Assembly (NCBI GenBank): GCA_018333535.1
Contig: JAGXTA010000046.1
Span: forward strand, 20,551 to 84,550
Origin: Deltaproteobacteria bacterium
Lineage (GTDB): Bacteria; Desulfobacterota; BSN033; UBA1163
DNA length: 64,000 nucleotides
Direction: 5' to 3'
Shown: piece after piece, positions 44,009 through 54,825 of the stretch
Numbering within the stretch: position 1 is the stretch's first letter
Layout of the letters: every line of letters starts with the position of its first letter
Notes under the pieces: model-generated
Database searches by the model: none
Seen by the model: only the letters and a program-made list of their open reading frames with translations
What the model was told of the DNA's origin: nothing
Translations under genes and position numbers: made by a program

Positions 44009-44476
44009 ATGGAATTATCTATTGAGGAAAAATGGAAACGTTCCAGGGCTGCTCTGTCTATGCTACTGGGGACGTCCATTAAGGCCATATCTGAATCGTA
44101 TGGAAAAGAAGGTCTCGAAAAGGTTGCAAAGGCCTGGGAAGAGAATAATAAAAAGGCGTCCAAAAGGCTGATGGAAATTGTTGGGAGGCAGGAAAGGAAT
44201 CTCGAAACCGTGGCACGAATCATTGATTTTACCGATTCGATATATGGTGTGGAAGGGGAATGGACAGAGATTGGACTAAAAAGAGCTATCAAAATCGAAA
44301 AATCTTGCCCCCTTGCCAAACAATTTCCTTCTGAAACCTGCACGCTATGTTTTTCTGGATCGATGCAGGGAATTGCTCGAGGGGTCTTGGGCCATGATCA
44401 GGTGATCTGTAGAATGCCCAAGTCTCTTCCTGGTGGCGATGACTGTTGTGAAATTATCATTGAAGTTAAAGAATGA
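44009..44476 (+). CDS. Hypothetical protein
   Basis: RBS AAGGGGG. A Cys cluster CPLAKQFPSETCTLCF is its only feature. Confidence 0.45.
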   Translation: MELSIEEKWKRSRAALSMLLGTSIKAISESYGKEGLEKVAKAWEENNKKASKRLMEIVGRQERNLETVARIIDFTDSIYGVEGEWTEIGLKRAIKIEKSCPLAKQFPSETCTLCFSGSMQGIARGVLGHDQVICRMPKSLPGGDDCCEIIIEVKE

Positions 44477-44509
44477 GATCTTGATTTCGGGACTTGCTTA
44501 GAAATCTCA

Positions 44510-45232
44510 ATGAAGATTCTCGACCATCTCCTGTTCAGTCTTAAGGATAATGATTTTCAGGTGAAGAGTGTTCATGCCTGTGTCTTCTGGACGGCTGTGA
44601 TCAGCAAGCATTGTGGCCTTTCCTCCACCTTCAGAGATGAAGGCCCTTCCCATGATCGGGGTGTGAGAGATGTGGGAAAACTCACACAAAAGACTGCCCT
44701 GGAATTGGCAGAATATGCCAGATCAGATAGCCTTTTGGAGGCATCCCTTGGAATGGCAACCATCAATTCACTGATCGATATCGATGAATCGAAATGCGTT
44801 GAGAAAAATGCCTTTGAGATCATTCTGGAAAAGGGAGAGGGGAAACATGTTGCTGTCGTTGGCCACTTCCCCTGGATTCCGAAATTGAGAGAAAGGATAA
44901 AAGACTTTTGGATTCTTGAACAGAGACTCCGGGAAGGAGATTTACCTGCAGAAGAGGCAGAAAGAATTTTACCTCAACGCGATGTTGTAGGTATCACAGG
45001 GACATCCTTCATCAATCACACCCTAGAGGGGCTTTTAAGTCTTTGCAAAGGGGCTTATGTTGTTCTGATCGGTCCCACCTCACCCCTCTCCCCTATTCTC
45101 TTTGATTACGGAATTGATGCCATCTGTGGCTCAAAGGTGATCGATCCTGACCAATTGATTCGTTCCATCAGCGAAGGCGCTACTTTTAAGGAGGTCACTG
45201 GGGTGAGACTTCTCACCTTAACTAAAAAGTAA
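44510..45232 (+). CDS. DUF4213/DUF364 (Rossmann-like, putative metal-chelation) domain protein
   Basis: Domain order and the conserved VAVVGHFPW...GITGTSFIN...VVLIGPTSP pattern. Confidence 0.55.
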   Translation: MKILDHLLFSLKDNDFQVKSVHACVFWTAVISKHCGLSSTFRDEGPSHDRGVRDVGKLTQKTALELAEYARSDSLLEASLGMATINSLIDIDESKCVEKNAFEIILEKGEGKHVAVVGHFPWIPKLRERIKDFWILEQRLREGDLPAEEAERILPQRDVVGITGTSFINHTLEGLLSLCKGAYVVLIGPTSPLSPILFDYGIDAICGSKVIDPDQLIRSISEGATFKEVTGVRLLTLTKK

Positions 45233-45246
45233 TAGGGAGATGGAAT

Positions 45247-45612
45247 ATGCTTGCCCAGTGTGCCAGATGCGGCAAGAAAATAGAAAAGCACCAATGCTAT
45301 GAATACCAGGGCAATTTATTTTGTGAAGATTGTTATATGGATACCCTATCTCCCCCGAAAGCCTGTGATCCATGGGCCGTTCATTCAGCCAAAACCTTTT
45401 TAAGAGGGAAGGACAAACTTTCTGCTTTGACACCTTTGCAGTCGAAGATCGTCGACTACATCAGGGAAAAAGGGGAGGCTACTATAGAAGAAATGGTGGA
45501 GAATCTAAATCTCGCTGAAGAGATATTGAGAAGAGAGTTTGCTGTGCTGAGGCACATGGAAATCCTTAAGGCAACTAAAAAGGGAGATAAGATTTTTTGT
45601 ATACTGTTTTAG
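45247..45612 (+). CDS. Zinc-ribbon plus winged-helix small protein (putative regulator)
   Basis: CARCGKK...CEDCY ribbon. The C-terminal region resembles a wHTH. Confidence 0.45.
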   Translation: MLAQCARCGKKIEKHQCYEYQGNLFCEDCYMDTLSPPKACDPWAVHSAKTFLRGKDKLSALTPLQSKIVDYIREKGEATIEEMVENLNLAEEILRREFAVLRHMEILKATKKGDKIFCILF

Positions 45613-45643
45613 AAACACTACCTCAAAAGGGTTTTTTTAAGAT

Positions 45644-46654
45644 ATGGCCGAGATCAGACAGAATCCCACCACGAAAGATTGGGTCATCATCGCCAGCGAG
45701 AGGACTAAAAGGCCCGATGATTTCAAAGAGCCTCCTTCCCACTCTCACCTACACGAGTATCGGCCTGATTGTCCTTTTTGCCCTGGAAATGAAAAGCTGA
45801 CTCCGAAAGCCATTTTGGTTTTTCCTGGCAACATGGCTCAAGGCTGCCAATCGGAATGGAGCATTCGCGTTGTGGAGAATAAATTCCCCGCACTCCTTCC
45901 ACAGGGCACGGTAGAACGAAAGAGAATGGGACGATTCCATCTCAAAATGAATGGTTGCGGAAGGCATGAGGTCATCATTGAAAGCCCGAAACACAATGCG
46001 ACCATCGGCACCCTTTCTGACCCGGAAGTGGAGATGATTCTACGCGCCTGGCGTTCTCGTTTCCTGGAACTCGGCCAGGATGAACGCATCAGACTGATCA
46101 CCCTCTTTCGTAACCATGGCCTCAAAGCGGGGACCTCCCTGGAACACCCGCATTCACAGATTGTGGCTACGCCAGTGCTTTCCAGCCTGATTCGTCAGCG
46201 GATGGAAGAGGCCACGCGCCATTTGGACACGTATGGAACCTGTCTTTTCTGCGATCTTCTCCGGGAAGAAAAAAAATTGCAGGAAAGGGTGGTGTTAGAG
46301 AGCGAGCATTTTCTGGCCTTTGTTCCCTACGCGCCCCAGGCGACTTATGAGACATGGGTTATTCCCAAGACCCACAAGCCTTCCTTTGGACTGATCGATG
46401 ACACCGAGGTAATTGACCTGGCAAGGAACCTGAATCAAATCCTTGGCATCATGTATCGAAGGCTGAATGACCCGGACTATAATCTGACCCTCAACACGCC
46501 CCCAGTTCGGGAGGCGCGGCAGGAATGTTGCCACTGGCATATCCGAATTCTCCCCCGCATGAGTTATTTATCGGGCTTTGAACTGGGTTCAGGAATTTAC
46601 ATTACCACCACTTACCCCGAAGAGGCAGCCCAATTTCTGCGAGCGGCCAATTAA
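45644..46654 (+). CDS. Galactose-1-phosphate uridylyltransferase (GalT) family nucleotidyltransferase
   Basis: CPFCPGNE zinc site and the HPHSQ active-site His-Pro-His. Confidence 0.8.
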   Translation: MAEIRQNPTTKDWVIIASERTKRPDDFKEPPSHSHLHEYRPDCPFCPGNEKLTPKAILVFPGNMAQGCQSEWSIRVVENKFPALLPQGTVERKRMGRFHLKMNGCGRHEVIIESPKHNATIGTLSDPEVEMILRAWRSRFLELGQDERIRLITLFRNHGLKAGTSLEHPHSQIVATPVLSSLIRQRMEEATRHLDTYGTCLFCDLLREEKKLQERVVLESEHFLAFVPYAPQATYETWVIPKTHKPSFGLIDDTEVIDLARNLNQILGIMYRRLNDPDYNLTLNTPPVREARQECCHWHIRILPRMSYLSGFELGSGIYITTTYPEEAAQFLRAAN

Positions 46655-46682
46655 ATTATATGGGTCTAAATGGAGATAGTTT

Positions 46683-47360
46683 GTGAAGATTCTATTTAAT
46701 GAGAGGGTGGCGCAGGTTTACGACAGATGGTTTGAGATGAAAAAAGGATCGCTGGCAGACTGGTTTGAAAAGGAACTGATGTCGAGAATTGTGGAGCTTA
46801 ACCCGGGAGGGAAAATTTTGGATGTTGGTTGTGGAACCGGGAATCATCTCCAATTCTTCGGGGCAAAAGGAATGAAGGCTATTGGAATTGACATCTCTCT
46901 CCCTATGCTTCGCGTAGCCCAGAAAAAATTAGGTCAGCCGAATGTGTTGTGCCTGGGTAAAGCGGGGGCTCTCCCTTTCAAAGAGAAATCCTTCGACTCT
47001 GTCTCCCTAATCACCACTTTGGAGTTTGTGGAGGATCCATTGAAGGCTTTGCGGGAGGCGGTCCGCGTATCGAGGAAGAAGATCATATTAGGGGTTCTGA
47101 ATAAATACTCTCTTATTGCTATAAGCAGAAGAATAAAAGGGATATTCCGTCCAAGCATTTATAATGAAGCCAAATTTTACAGCATCTGGGAATTGAAGAA
47201 ACTGTTAATTAAAGTTTTAGGGAAAGGCAATCTGAACTGGGGAAGTGCCCTCATGCTACCATTAAGCTTTCAAGAGTGGTTTGGAGGTCTCGAAAGGATC
47301 ATATCCTTCAGAAAGAATCCCTTTGGTGCATTTTTAGTCGTGGGGGTTTGGGCTAAATAA
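46683..47360 (+). CDS. Class I SAM-dependent methyltransferase
   Basis: ILDVGCGTGNH motif I. GTG start. Confidence 0.7.
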   Translation: MKILFNERVAQVYDRWFEMKKGSLADWFEKELMSRIVELNPGGKILDVGCGTGNHLQFFGAKGMKAIGIDISLPMLRVAQKKLGQPNVLCLGKAGALPFKEKSFDSVSLITTLEFVEDPLKALREAVRVSRKKIILGVLNKYSLIAISRRIKGIFRPSIYNEAKFYSIWELKKLLIKVLGKGNLNWGSALMLPLSFQEWFGGLERIISFRKNPFGAFLVVGVWAK

Positions 47361-47391
47361 AAACTTAAAGTTCGAGTGAGAGGGATAGAAA

Positions 47392-48864
47392 ATGGAACAG
47401 ATGGAGACCGAAGTTTTGATCATCGGTGGAGGGGTCTTGGGAGCGGCAGTGGCCAGGGAACTTTCCCGTTACAAGGTGGATGTTATTTTAGTGGAAAAGG
47501 AGGCTGACTTTGGCTGGGGTAGCACCAAGACCAATATGTGTATCGTCTGCCAGGGCGGAGATACCCTGGAGTTCCGTCCGGAATACCACCGTAGCAAACT
47601 CGTCTGGGACAGCATTCCTTTGATGGAGCTTCTCTGTCAGGAGCTTGATGTTCCCTTCAAACGGGTAGGAGAACTCGCCCTCATCCGTAATAATGAGGAG
47701 TTGGGTAAATTCCGAAAGCTGAAATCGAAGGCCGAAAAGTTCGGCCTCGCAGGCCATCAGTTCATAGATCAAGACACACTCAGACAGATGGAACCCAACA
47801 TCACCCGGGAAGCCATCGCGGCACTGTACGATCCAAACATTGCCATTGTTGATCCTGTCAGGCTTACCATCGCCCTCATAGAGAATGCCGGTCAAAACGG
47901 AGTTAAAGTGATGCGGGAGACCGAGGTTCTGAATATCTCTCAGAAAGGTAACCAGTTCGAAGTTGGGACCAATCGCGGCTCGATGAAGTGCCGCTTCATC
48001 GTCAACGCCGCGGGGACCTCGGTGGACAAGATAGCCCGATTGGTGAATTCGGATGATTTTGTTCTTTATCCGATTAGGGGATATGTAGGGATTCTCGATA
48101 AAAACTTAGGGGACTTGATTAAACATGAAATCCATATGCGGCCGGATGCGCCCGGTCAGATGAATATCCTGACGCCCAGCGTCCACGGCAACCTTTTCTT
48201 CGGCACGACCATGCAACCAGCCCGGAGGGGAGATTACTCCACGACCAGGAGAATTGCTCAAATCGGCTTGCAAAATGTCAGGAAAATCATTCCCGACCTT
48301 TCTGAAAAGGACATCATCCATTCCTTTGCTGGATTCCTTATGTTTCGAAACTGGGAAGTCGGCTGGCACGAGTGCGTGGTTCAGGCCTCCCGCAAAGTGT
48401 CACGTTTTATAAGCATATGTATTGGTTACCCCGGGGTGAGCGCAGCTCCGGGGACTGGCCGAGAGGTGGCAGAATTGCTTCGGAGAGAAGGTTTAAGATT
48501 GGAATCAAATCCAGGATTCAGTCCTTTCAGAAAAGCTTCACCGAATTTTAGCAAGCTTTCTGAGGAGCAACAAAAGGAATTGATCGCTCAGGACAGCCGA
48601 TATGGTCATGTGGTCTGTCGTTGCGAGACCGTGACGGAGGGAGAAATCGTTGAGGCAGTCCGCAGAGGGGCCACGACTCTCGATGGGATTAAATTCAGAA
48701 CCAGAGCTGGGATGGGGCGGTGCCAGGGTGGTTTTTGTACTCCTCGTGTCACAAAAATATTAGGTCGAGAACTGGGCCTGCCGGAAGAAAAAATAACCAA
48801 GAAAGGTCGGAAATCCCGACTCTTACTTTATAAGACGAAGGAATTACTTGGGGGAGAGTTATGA
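47392..48864 (+). CDS. FAD-dependent oxidoreductase (GlpA/LhgO-like) with a C-terminal BFD-like [2Fe-2S] domain
   Basis: N-terminal GxGxxG. C-terminal VVCRCETVTEGEI...RAGMGRCQGGFC. Confidence 0.8.
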   Translation: MEQMETEVLIIGGGVLGAAVARELSRYKVDVILVEKEADFGWGSTKTNMCIVCQGGDTLEFRPEYHRSKLVWDSIPLMELLCQELDVPFKRVGELALIRNNEELGKFRKLKSKAEKFGLAGHQFIDQDTLRQMEPNITREAIAALYDPNIAIVDPVRLTIALIENAGQNGVKVMRETEVLNISQKGNQFEVGTNRGSMKCRFIVNAAGTSVDKIARLVNSDDFVLYPIRGYVGILDKNLGDLIKHEIHMRPDAPGQMNILTPSVHGNLFFGTTMQPARRGDYSTTRRIAQIGLQNVRKIIPDLSEKDIIHSFAGFLMFRNWEVGWHECVVQASRKVSRFISICIGYPGVSAAPGTGREVAELLRREGLRLESNPGFSPFRKASPNFSKLSEEQQKELIAQDSRYGHVVCRCETVTEGEIVEAVRRGATTLDGIKFRTRAGMGRCQGGFCTPRVTKILGRELGLPEEKITKKGRKSRLLLYKTKELLGGEL

Positions 48865-50114
48865 AATTCTCGGATGTAGATGTTGCGGTGATTGGCTCTG
48901 GACCAGCTGGAATGGCCGCTGCGATAAAGGCAAAGGAAGAAGGAGCAGAGCATGTCCTTATATTGGAACGTCAGGAACAGCTCGGTGGCCTCCTTCACCA
49001 GTGTGTGCACAATGGTTTTGGACTCCTTTATTTCGGTCAAGACCTGACCGGACCAGAATATGCCTGTCGATTTGTTGAGAAAGTTAGGGATTTAGGAATT
49101 GAGGTACTCCTTGAAACCATGGTGACTCAAATATCCGTTGATCGAAAGCTGACCGCTGTCAACAGTCGCGAGGGACCTATTCACTTGCAGCCGAAGTCTA
49201 TCGTTTTGGCCATGGGATGTCGGGAACGGAGCCGAGGGCAATTGTCCATCCCCGGCACTCGACCCGCTGGAATCTTCACCGCCGGGACTGCCCAGCGACT
49301 GGTCAATGTTGAAGGATTCATCCCTGGGAAAAAAGTGGTCATTTTGGGTTCAGGTGATATAGGCATGATCATGGCTCGTCGCCTCTCATTGGAAGGGGTC
49401 GAGGTGAAAGCGGTTGTTGAGATCCTGCCCTATGTCGGAGGCTTGATCAGAAATGAGGTTCAGTGCCTCCATGATTTCGATATTCCTCTTCTTCTCGAAC
49501 ACACCGTAACACAGATCCATGGTGAACAGCGTGTGGAAGCGGTCACCCTCGCTAAAGTGGACAAGAATAAGAGGCCTGTCGATGGCACTGAACAAAATAT
49601 TGAGTGCGATACTCTGCTGTTGTCGGTCGGCTTGATCCCCGAAAATGAACTTTCGAGAATGGCGGGGGTAGATCTCGATCCGTTGGCCGGTGGGCCCGTC
49701 GTAGATGAACGGAGGGAGACGAACATTCCAGGTATCTTTGCAGGTGGAAACGTGGTTCACGTTCACGACTTAGTCGACGACGTCTCCTGGGAAGCCGAGA
49801 TAGCCGGGGCTTGGGCGGCCAGGCTTCCACAAAAAGGAGATCTTGAAAAGAAAGGGAAAACCATCCTCAGGCCTGGAAGAAATATCCGTTCCATCGTCCC
49901 CCAAACGATCAGTGATCAAAGTGACGTTACCTTCTATATTCGAGTAAAAGAAATGGAAGAAAAAGTTCGGCTGAGGATAGGTGATATTTATCATCGGGCA
50001 TTCAGGGTGGTGAAGCCCAGCGAGATGATCAAGGTCGATCTTCTCAAGAAGGAATTGAAACGGTTGAAGGAAAGAACAACCGAACTAGACGTGGAGTGTG
50101 AAAAGGGAGAATAA
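48861..50114 (+). CDS. NAD(P)/FAD-dependent pyridine nucleotide-disulfide oxidoreductase-fold protein
   Basis: Two Rossmann motifs: VAVIGSGPAGMAAA and ILGSGDIGMIMA. Confidence 0.75.
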   Translation: MKFSDVDVAVIGSGPAGMAAAIKAKEEGAEHVLILERQEQLGGLLHQCVHNGFGLLYFGQDLTGPEYACRFVEKVRDLGIEVLLETMVTQISVDRKLTAVNSREGPIHLQPKSIVLAMGCRERSRGQLSIPGTRPAGIFTAGTAQRLVNVEGFIPGKKVVILGSGDIGMIMARRLSLEGVEVKAVVEILPYVGGLIRNEVQCLHDFDIPLLLEHTVTQIHGEQRVEAVTLAKVDKNKRPVDGTEQNIECDTLLLSVGLIPENELSRMAGVDLDPLAGGPVVDERRETNIPGIFAGGNVVHVHDLVDDVSWEAEIAGAWAARLPQKGDLEKKGKTILRPGRNIRSIVPQTISDQSDVTFYIRVKEMEEKVRLRIGDIYHRAFRVVKPSEMIKVDLLKKELKRLKERTTELDVECEKGE

Positions 50115-50116
50115 AG

Positions 50117-50482
50117 ATGGTGGAAGAAAAAATCATATGTATCGGCTGTCCTCTCGGCTGTGAGACGAATCTAAAGATCGATGATCAGGGAGAGGTGATT
50201 AAAATCACAGGGTACAAATGTAAAGAGGGACGGCAATATGTTCTTGAGGAATATAGGAGTCCGGTTCGCGTGCTTACCGCCACCGTCCTTACCCAAAGCA
50301 GCGCTCGCCCCCTTTTCCCAGTGCGGTCAAATAGACCTCTGCTCAAAACGCAACTCAAGGAGGCAGCGAAAGCGCTTGCAGGAGTGAAGGTCAAACCACC
50401 CATCAGAGTGGGCCAGACCATTTTGTCAAATTTAATGAATACCGGCGTAGATGTGATTGCTACAGATGATCTGACTTATTAG
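50117..50482 (+). CDS. DUF1667 domain protein
   Basis: CIGCPLGCETNL hallmark. Conserved trio with the two upstream flavoproteins. Confidence 0.7.
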   Translation: MVEEKIICIGCPLGCETNLKIDDQGEVIKITGYKCKEGRQYVLEEYRSPVRVLTATVLTQSSARPLFPVRSNRPLLKTQLKEAAKALAGVKVKPPIRVGQTILSNLMNTGVDVIATDDLTY

Positions 50483-50514
50483 AGATATTCGCCTATGATA
50501 AAGAAGGAGCCAAT

Positions 50515-50961
50515 ATGAATGAATTAACCTTGGAGCAGGCCTTAAAAATGATCGAAGCCGCTGAGAGGTGGGCAAGGGATATTGCGGGGTCCCCTTGCAG
50601 CATCGCTGTGGTGGACAAGGCGGGCGCAGCCATCGCTGTCCACCGTATGGATGGAGCGGGCATGGCCACGACAGATATTGCTATTGAAAAAGCCTGGACA
50701 GCAGTTGCCTTTAAAATGCCCACATTAATGGGCTCTCGCTGGCTCGATCCTCGCAACATAGGAAAGCTTTTAGGGGATCACGCCATGGGAATGATTGGAA
50801 GGGGAAAAGGAAGGCTTTGTTTCATTCCTGGTGGGATCCCCGTTACCAACGAAGAAAACGAGGTAATCGGCGCCATCGGTTGCAGCGGTGTTCCATCCGG
50901 TGTGGGAGACATCAGTGATACCTCAGCCAGCCAGGCCGGTGTGACGGCTCTTTATGAATAA
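50515..50961 (+). CDS. GlcG/HbpS-like (DUF336) heme-binding protein
   Basis: DUF336 pattern ...AVVD..G..IA..RMDGA....IAI.KA.TA.... Confidence 0.7.
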   Translation: MNELTLEQALKMIEAAERWARDIAGSPCSIAVVDKAGAAIAVHRMDGAGMATTDIAIEKAWTAVAFKMPTLMGSRWLDPRNIGKLLGDHAMGMIGRGKGRLCFIPGGIPVTNEENEVIGAIGCSGVPSGVGDISDTSASQAGVTALYE

Positions 50962-51033
50962 AGTTGAGAATTTATAATCCCCCCTACCCCCCTTTAGAAA
51001 AGGGGGGGTGGGGGGATTTGAAGGAGATTTTTT

Positions 51034-51465
51034 ATGATGATGAATTTAGAGGCAGCTAAGAAACTACTCCAAACAGGTATTGAGAATGCGAAAGAGATGG
51101 GCAGACCCTGCAGCATCGCTATCGTGGATGAAAACGGATGGTTGGTGGCACTTCATCGTATGGATGGCGCTCCTATCCCTACACCAGAAATCGCCCGCGA
51201 TAAAGCTTGGACAGCCGCCGTTTTTCGGCGACCCAGTTCTGAAGTTTCAGCGTATGGCGATCCCAGGGCGCCGGGATTTGGGCTAAACGCCCAAAACTGG
51301 AACGAACGCCTGACCACCATTCCAGGAGGCATGCCCATCTGGAATGAAAGCCACTTCATCGGGGCGATAGGTGTTTGCAGCGAAACCCCGGAGGAGGACG
51401 TAATTCTCTGCCAGAAAGTGATCAAAGAGATGGGTGCAATACTTAATCGGAAGGTTGGGATATGA
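51034..51465 (+). CDS. GlcG/HbpS-like (DUF336) protein, second paralog
   Basis: Paralog of the preceding gene (SIAIVDENGWLVALHRMDGA). Confidence 0.7.
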   Translation: MMMNLEAAKKLLQTGIENAKEMGRPCSIAIVDENGWLVALHRMDGAPIPTPEIARDKAWTAAVFRRPSSEVSAYGDPRAPGFGLNAQNWNERLTTIPGGMPIWNESHFIGAIGVCSETPEEDVILCQKVIKEMGAILNRKVGI

Positions 51466-51692
51466 CAACTCTGGATCAGGTTTACGAGAATAAGAAAGCA
51501 ACGGTGATCGATATTCAAGGAGGTCAAAGGATAAGGCAACGTCTCGGCCAGATGGGTATTCATCCTGGCGATACGATAACGATGTTGAGGTATGGGGCAC
51601 TCCGAGGTCCTATACTGATTGAGGTGCATGGCAGTCAGGTGGCTCTTGGAAGGGGGATTGCCTCCCGAATCATTGTGGAGAAATTGGAATGA
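51462..51692 (+). CDS. feoA: Ferrous iron transport protein A
   Basis: 76-aa FeoA SH3-like domain. Start overlaps the previous stop, and its own stop overlaps the feoB start. Confidence 0.85.
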   Translation: MTTLDQVYENKKATVIDIQGGQRIRQRLGQMGIHPGDTITMLRYGALRGPILIEVHGSQVALGRGIASRIIVEKLE

Positions 51693-53614
51693 GAATCGCT
51701 CTGGCTGGCCAGCCAAACTGTGGCAAGAGCACCATATTCAACCATATCGCCGGGTACAAAGCGATCACTTCTAACTTTCCTGGAACGACCGTTAAATATA
51801 CCGAAACCAAAACCCATATCGAGGGCTATACCTGTAATTGTATCGATCTTCCAGGAACCTATTCGCTGACTTCGTCAGACCCCGCCGAATTGGAGGCACG
51901 AAAGCATCTCCTTTCCGGAGAAGTGGATGTGATCATTAATGTGGTCGATGCCTCGCTGCTCTGCCGAAGCCTGGAACTGACACTACAGCTTCTTGAGCTT
52001 GAGGTTCCTATGGTCCTTTGCCTGAATATGATGGACGAGGCCCAGAGAAAAGGAATCCAGATTGATGCACAAAAACTCTCGAACCTTCTCGGAGTCCCTG
52101 TTATTTCCACCATAGCCACAACTGGAAAAGGGCTGAAGGAGCTATTTATTGAAGTTTTAAGGGTCCGGGAAGAAAGGAGGATAGGGAAAACCCCAAAATT
52201 CAGCAAAGACATTGAAGAAATCGTAAGTCAATTGGACTCCATACTCAACTCTGAATGGCCAGTAAAAGAAAAGGTTCCCCCTCGGTTTCTTTCCATAAAA
52301 CTCCTTGAAAATGATCAGTTCTTCATTAATGAAACAAAGCGGAATAGTAACGCTATCAATCGAATCAGACCCCTTCAGGAAAAATTGGAGCAAATTCATG
52401 GCGGTCCATCGGATGAAGTTATTTCCTCTGAACGTCATGCCCTGACGATGAATTTATTTGAGAAGGTCTCTACAGTCATCCATCCTCCTAAAAAAGACAT
52501 TCGTATCGTTATCGATCACTGGGTGATGCATAAATTCTTCGGCTATTTAATTCTGGTGGGTGTCTTCTATGGTTTTTTCAATTTCATCTTTGGAATTGGC
52601 GGATATATCGAAGAACCCCTGATGGAGCTCTTTGACCAATGGATCGGTCAGCTGGAGATCGTTTTCGGAAAAGGTACTCTGTCCCACTCTATCTCGAAAG
52701 GAGTCATTCAGGGAATTGCAGGTGGAATTGCGATCGTCCTCCCTTACCTTGTCCCTTTTCTCATCGGGCTTTCCTTGCTTGAGGACATCGGATATCTCCC
52801 GAGAGTGGCTTTCCTGATGGATGTTTTTATGCACCGGATTGGTCTTCATGGGAAATCCATTATTCCATTTATTCTGGGGTATGGGTGCAGCGTTCCTGCT
52901 GTGATGGCCACTCGAATTTTGGAATTCCCTCAACACAGATTTATCGTCTCTATCCTCGCCACCATGATCCCTTGTGCGGCTCGAATCACGATCATCTTCG
53001 GCCTGGTTGCTTTTTTCATCAGCCCCAATGCCGCGCTGGCGATTTTTGCCCTTAACATTCTGGTCGTGGCTATCTCAGGGAAGATCCTCTCCACCCTCTA
53101 TCCAGAACCCGGAAGTCTTGGATTGATTCTCGAAATCCCTGCATACCAATTACCGCCTTTGAAAAATACCTTGAAGAAATCCTGGTATCGAATAAAGGAA
53201 TTTATCGTTATTGCATGGCCTATTCTTATTGTCGGGAGTGCCATTCTGTCCCTGATGGAGTATGGCAAGGTAGACCTTTATTTCAATCGTTTTCTGTCTC
53301 CCCTCACTCACCTCCTCGGCCTGCCGGTTTCTGTGGGGACGACCCTCATTTTCGGCTTATTAAGAAAAGAACTCTCCCTGATCATGCTGACCCAGGCATT
53401 GGGAACCTCCCAGGTCCTTACGGTGATGACCAAAACTCAAATCATTGTCTTTACTGTCTTTGTCACTTTCTATATTCCCTGTCTTGCCACGATTGCTACA
53501 CTCTGGAGAGAGATCGGTAAAAAAGGAGCGCTCCTGGCGATCTTTTTCACTCTATCTGTGGCCATTATTCTGGCGTTGGCAACTCGAATCTTCTTAGGGA
53601 TTTTTTTCTGGTGA
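51689..53614 (+). CDS. feoB: Ferrous iron transport protein B
   Basis: N-terminal G domain IALAGQPNCGKST and the C-terminal polytopic gate domain. Confidence 0.9.
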   Translation: MRIALAGQPNCGKSTIFNHIAGYKAITSNFPGTTVKYTETKTHIEGYTCNCIDLPGTYSLTSSDPAELEARKHLLSGEVDVIINVVDASLLCRSLELTLQLLELEVPMVLCLNMMDEAQRKGIQIDAQKLSNLLGVPVISTIATTGKGLKELFIEVLRVREERRIGKTPKFSKDIEEIVSQLDSILNSEWPVKEKVPPRFLSIKLLENDQFFINETKRNSNAINRIRPLQEKLEQIHGGPSDEVISSERHALTMNLFEKVSTVIHPPKKDIRIVIDHWVMHKFFGYLILVGVFYGFFNFIFGIGGYIEEPLMELFDQWIGQLEIVFGKGTLSHSISKGVIQGIAGGIAIVLPYLVPFLIGLSLLEDIGYLPRVAFLMDVFMHRIGLHGKSIIPFILGYGCSVPAVMATRILEFPQHRFIVSILATMIPCAARITIIFGLVAFFISPNAALAIFALNILVVAISGKILSTLYPEPGSLGLILEIPAYQLPPLKNTLKKSWYRIKEFIVIAWPILIVGSAILSLMEYGKVDLYFNRFLSPLTHLLGLPVSVGTTLIFGLLRKELSLIMLTQALGTSQVLTVMTKTQIIVFTVFVTFYIPCLATIATLWREIGKKGALLAIFFTLSVAIILALATRIFLGIFFW

Positions 53615-53801
53615 GGCCACGAATATTCGAGATTCTTCGCTTCGCCTTGAACCTAATAGGGTTCAGGGCTTCGCTCAGAAGAATGATAGAAAAGGGAATT
53701 CGACGTGTCATTCTGAAGAAGTCACACGTTTGCGGGACGACTGAAGAATCTCATCATTTTTAACGGATTTGCTGAATTAAGAATTCACTGAAATAAGAGG
53801 A

Positions 53802-54107
53802 TTGGGAACATTGATAGAAAATTGGTTTATCCTCCTCTCAAAAAAAATGAAGGGTTGTTCGAAAACCTTTCGAGAGATCCTGTATGGAATGACGGTCCAT
53901 GAAATGGATCTGGAACTGAAAAAGGAAAGGGGAAACTTAGATCACCTTTTTATGCTGATCGTCTTTGGAGATCTTGTAGGATTGCCTTTGCTTCCTCCTT
54001 ATTACTCGATGCGACTTTTGCCTTATATTTTCCCTTCTATTGAGACATGGAAGAGAAGCCTTTTAAGGGAGAGAGATCTGACCGATTTCGCTTCGATGGA
54101 TATTTAA
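53802..54107 (+). CDS. Hypothetical protein
   Basis: ORF only. Confidence 0.3.
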   Translation: MGTLIENWFILLSKKMKGCSKTFREILYGMTVHEMDLELKKERGNLDHLFMLIVFGDLVGLPLLPPYYSMRLLPYIFPSIETWKRSLLRERDLTDFASMDI

Positions 54108-54126
54108 TTTCAATAAGGGAAAGAGC

Positions 54127-54816
54127 ATGGGAAATGAATTGATTTTAAAAGTAAGAAACTTGAATGTAAGGTTGGACCATCAAGGTATCATTGAAAATCT
54201 GTCCTTTGAAGTGAAAAAGGGAGAGGTTCTTACAATTTTAGGGCCAAACGGTGCTGGGAAGTCCGTTTTGCTGAAAACCTTAATCGGGTTATTGCCCTAT
54301 AAGGGAGAAATAGAGTGGGCAAAGGAGTTGAAGATCGGCTACGTCCCGCAGAGGTTACCTTTTATAAAAGATATTCCTCTAAACATTAGAGATTTTTTCA
54401 ATTTAAAAGGATCTCCTGAAAAGGAGACAGAGGCAATTTTAAACTCAGTGGGGTTTCAGAGGGATTTTTTACGAAAAAAAATAGGAGATTTATCTTCAGG
54501 ACAATTCCAGAGGGTATTAATCGCCTGGGGCCTGGTCGGAAAACCGCAGGTTTTACTTTTTGATGAACCGACTACCGGAGTGGATATCAGTGCAGAGGAG
54601 ACCATCTATAATCTTTTGGCAGGGTTGAAAGAGGAGAAGGATTTGACCATTCTATTGGTGACCCACGATTTAAGTGTCGTTTATAAATTTTCTACCGATG
54701 TGATTTGCTTAAATAGACAACCGATATGTTATGGGTCTCCACAGGAGGTGTTGACTCCGGAAAGTTTACAAAAACTTTATGGAGGAGAAGTGAAATATTA
54801 TCAACACAAACATTAG
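54127..54816 (+). CDS. Metal (Zn/Mn-type) ABC transporter ATP-binding protein
   Basis: GPNGAGKS Walker A, LSSGQFQRVLIA signature, ZnuC-like length. Confidence 0.85.
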   Translation: MGNELILKVRNLNVRLDHQGIIENLSFEVKKGEVLTILGPNGAGKSVLLKTLIGLLPYKGEIEWAKELKIGYVPQRLPFIKDIPLNIRDFFNLKGSPEKETEAILNSVGFQRDFLRKKIGDLSSGQFQRVLIAWGLVGKPQVLLFDEPTTGVDISAEETIYNLLAGLKEEKDLTILLVTHDLSVVYKFSTDVICLNRQPICYGSPQEVLTPESLQKLYGGEVKYYQHKH

Positions 54817-54825
54817 GGGCGTAAG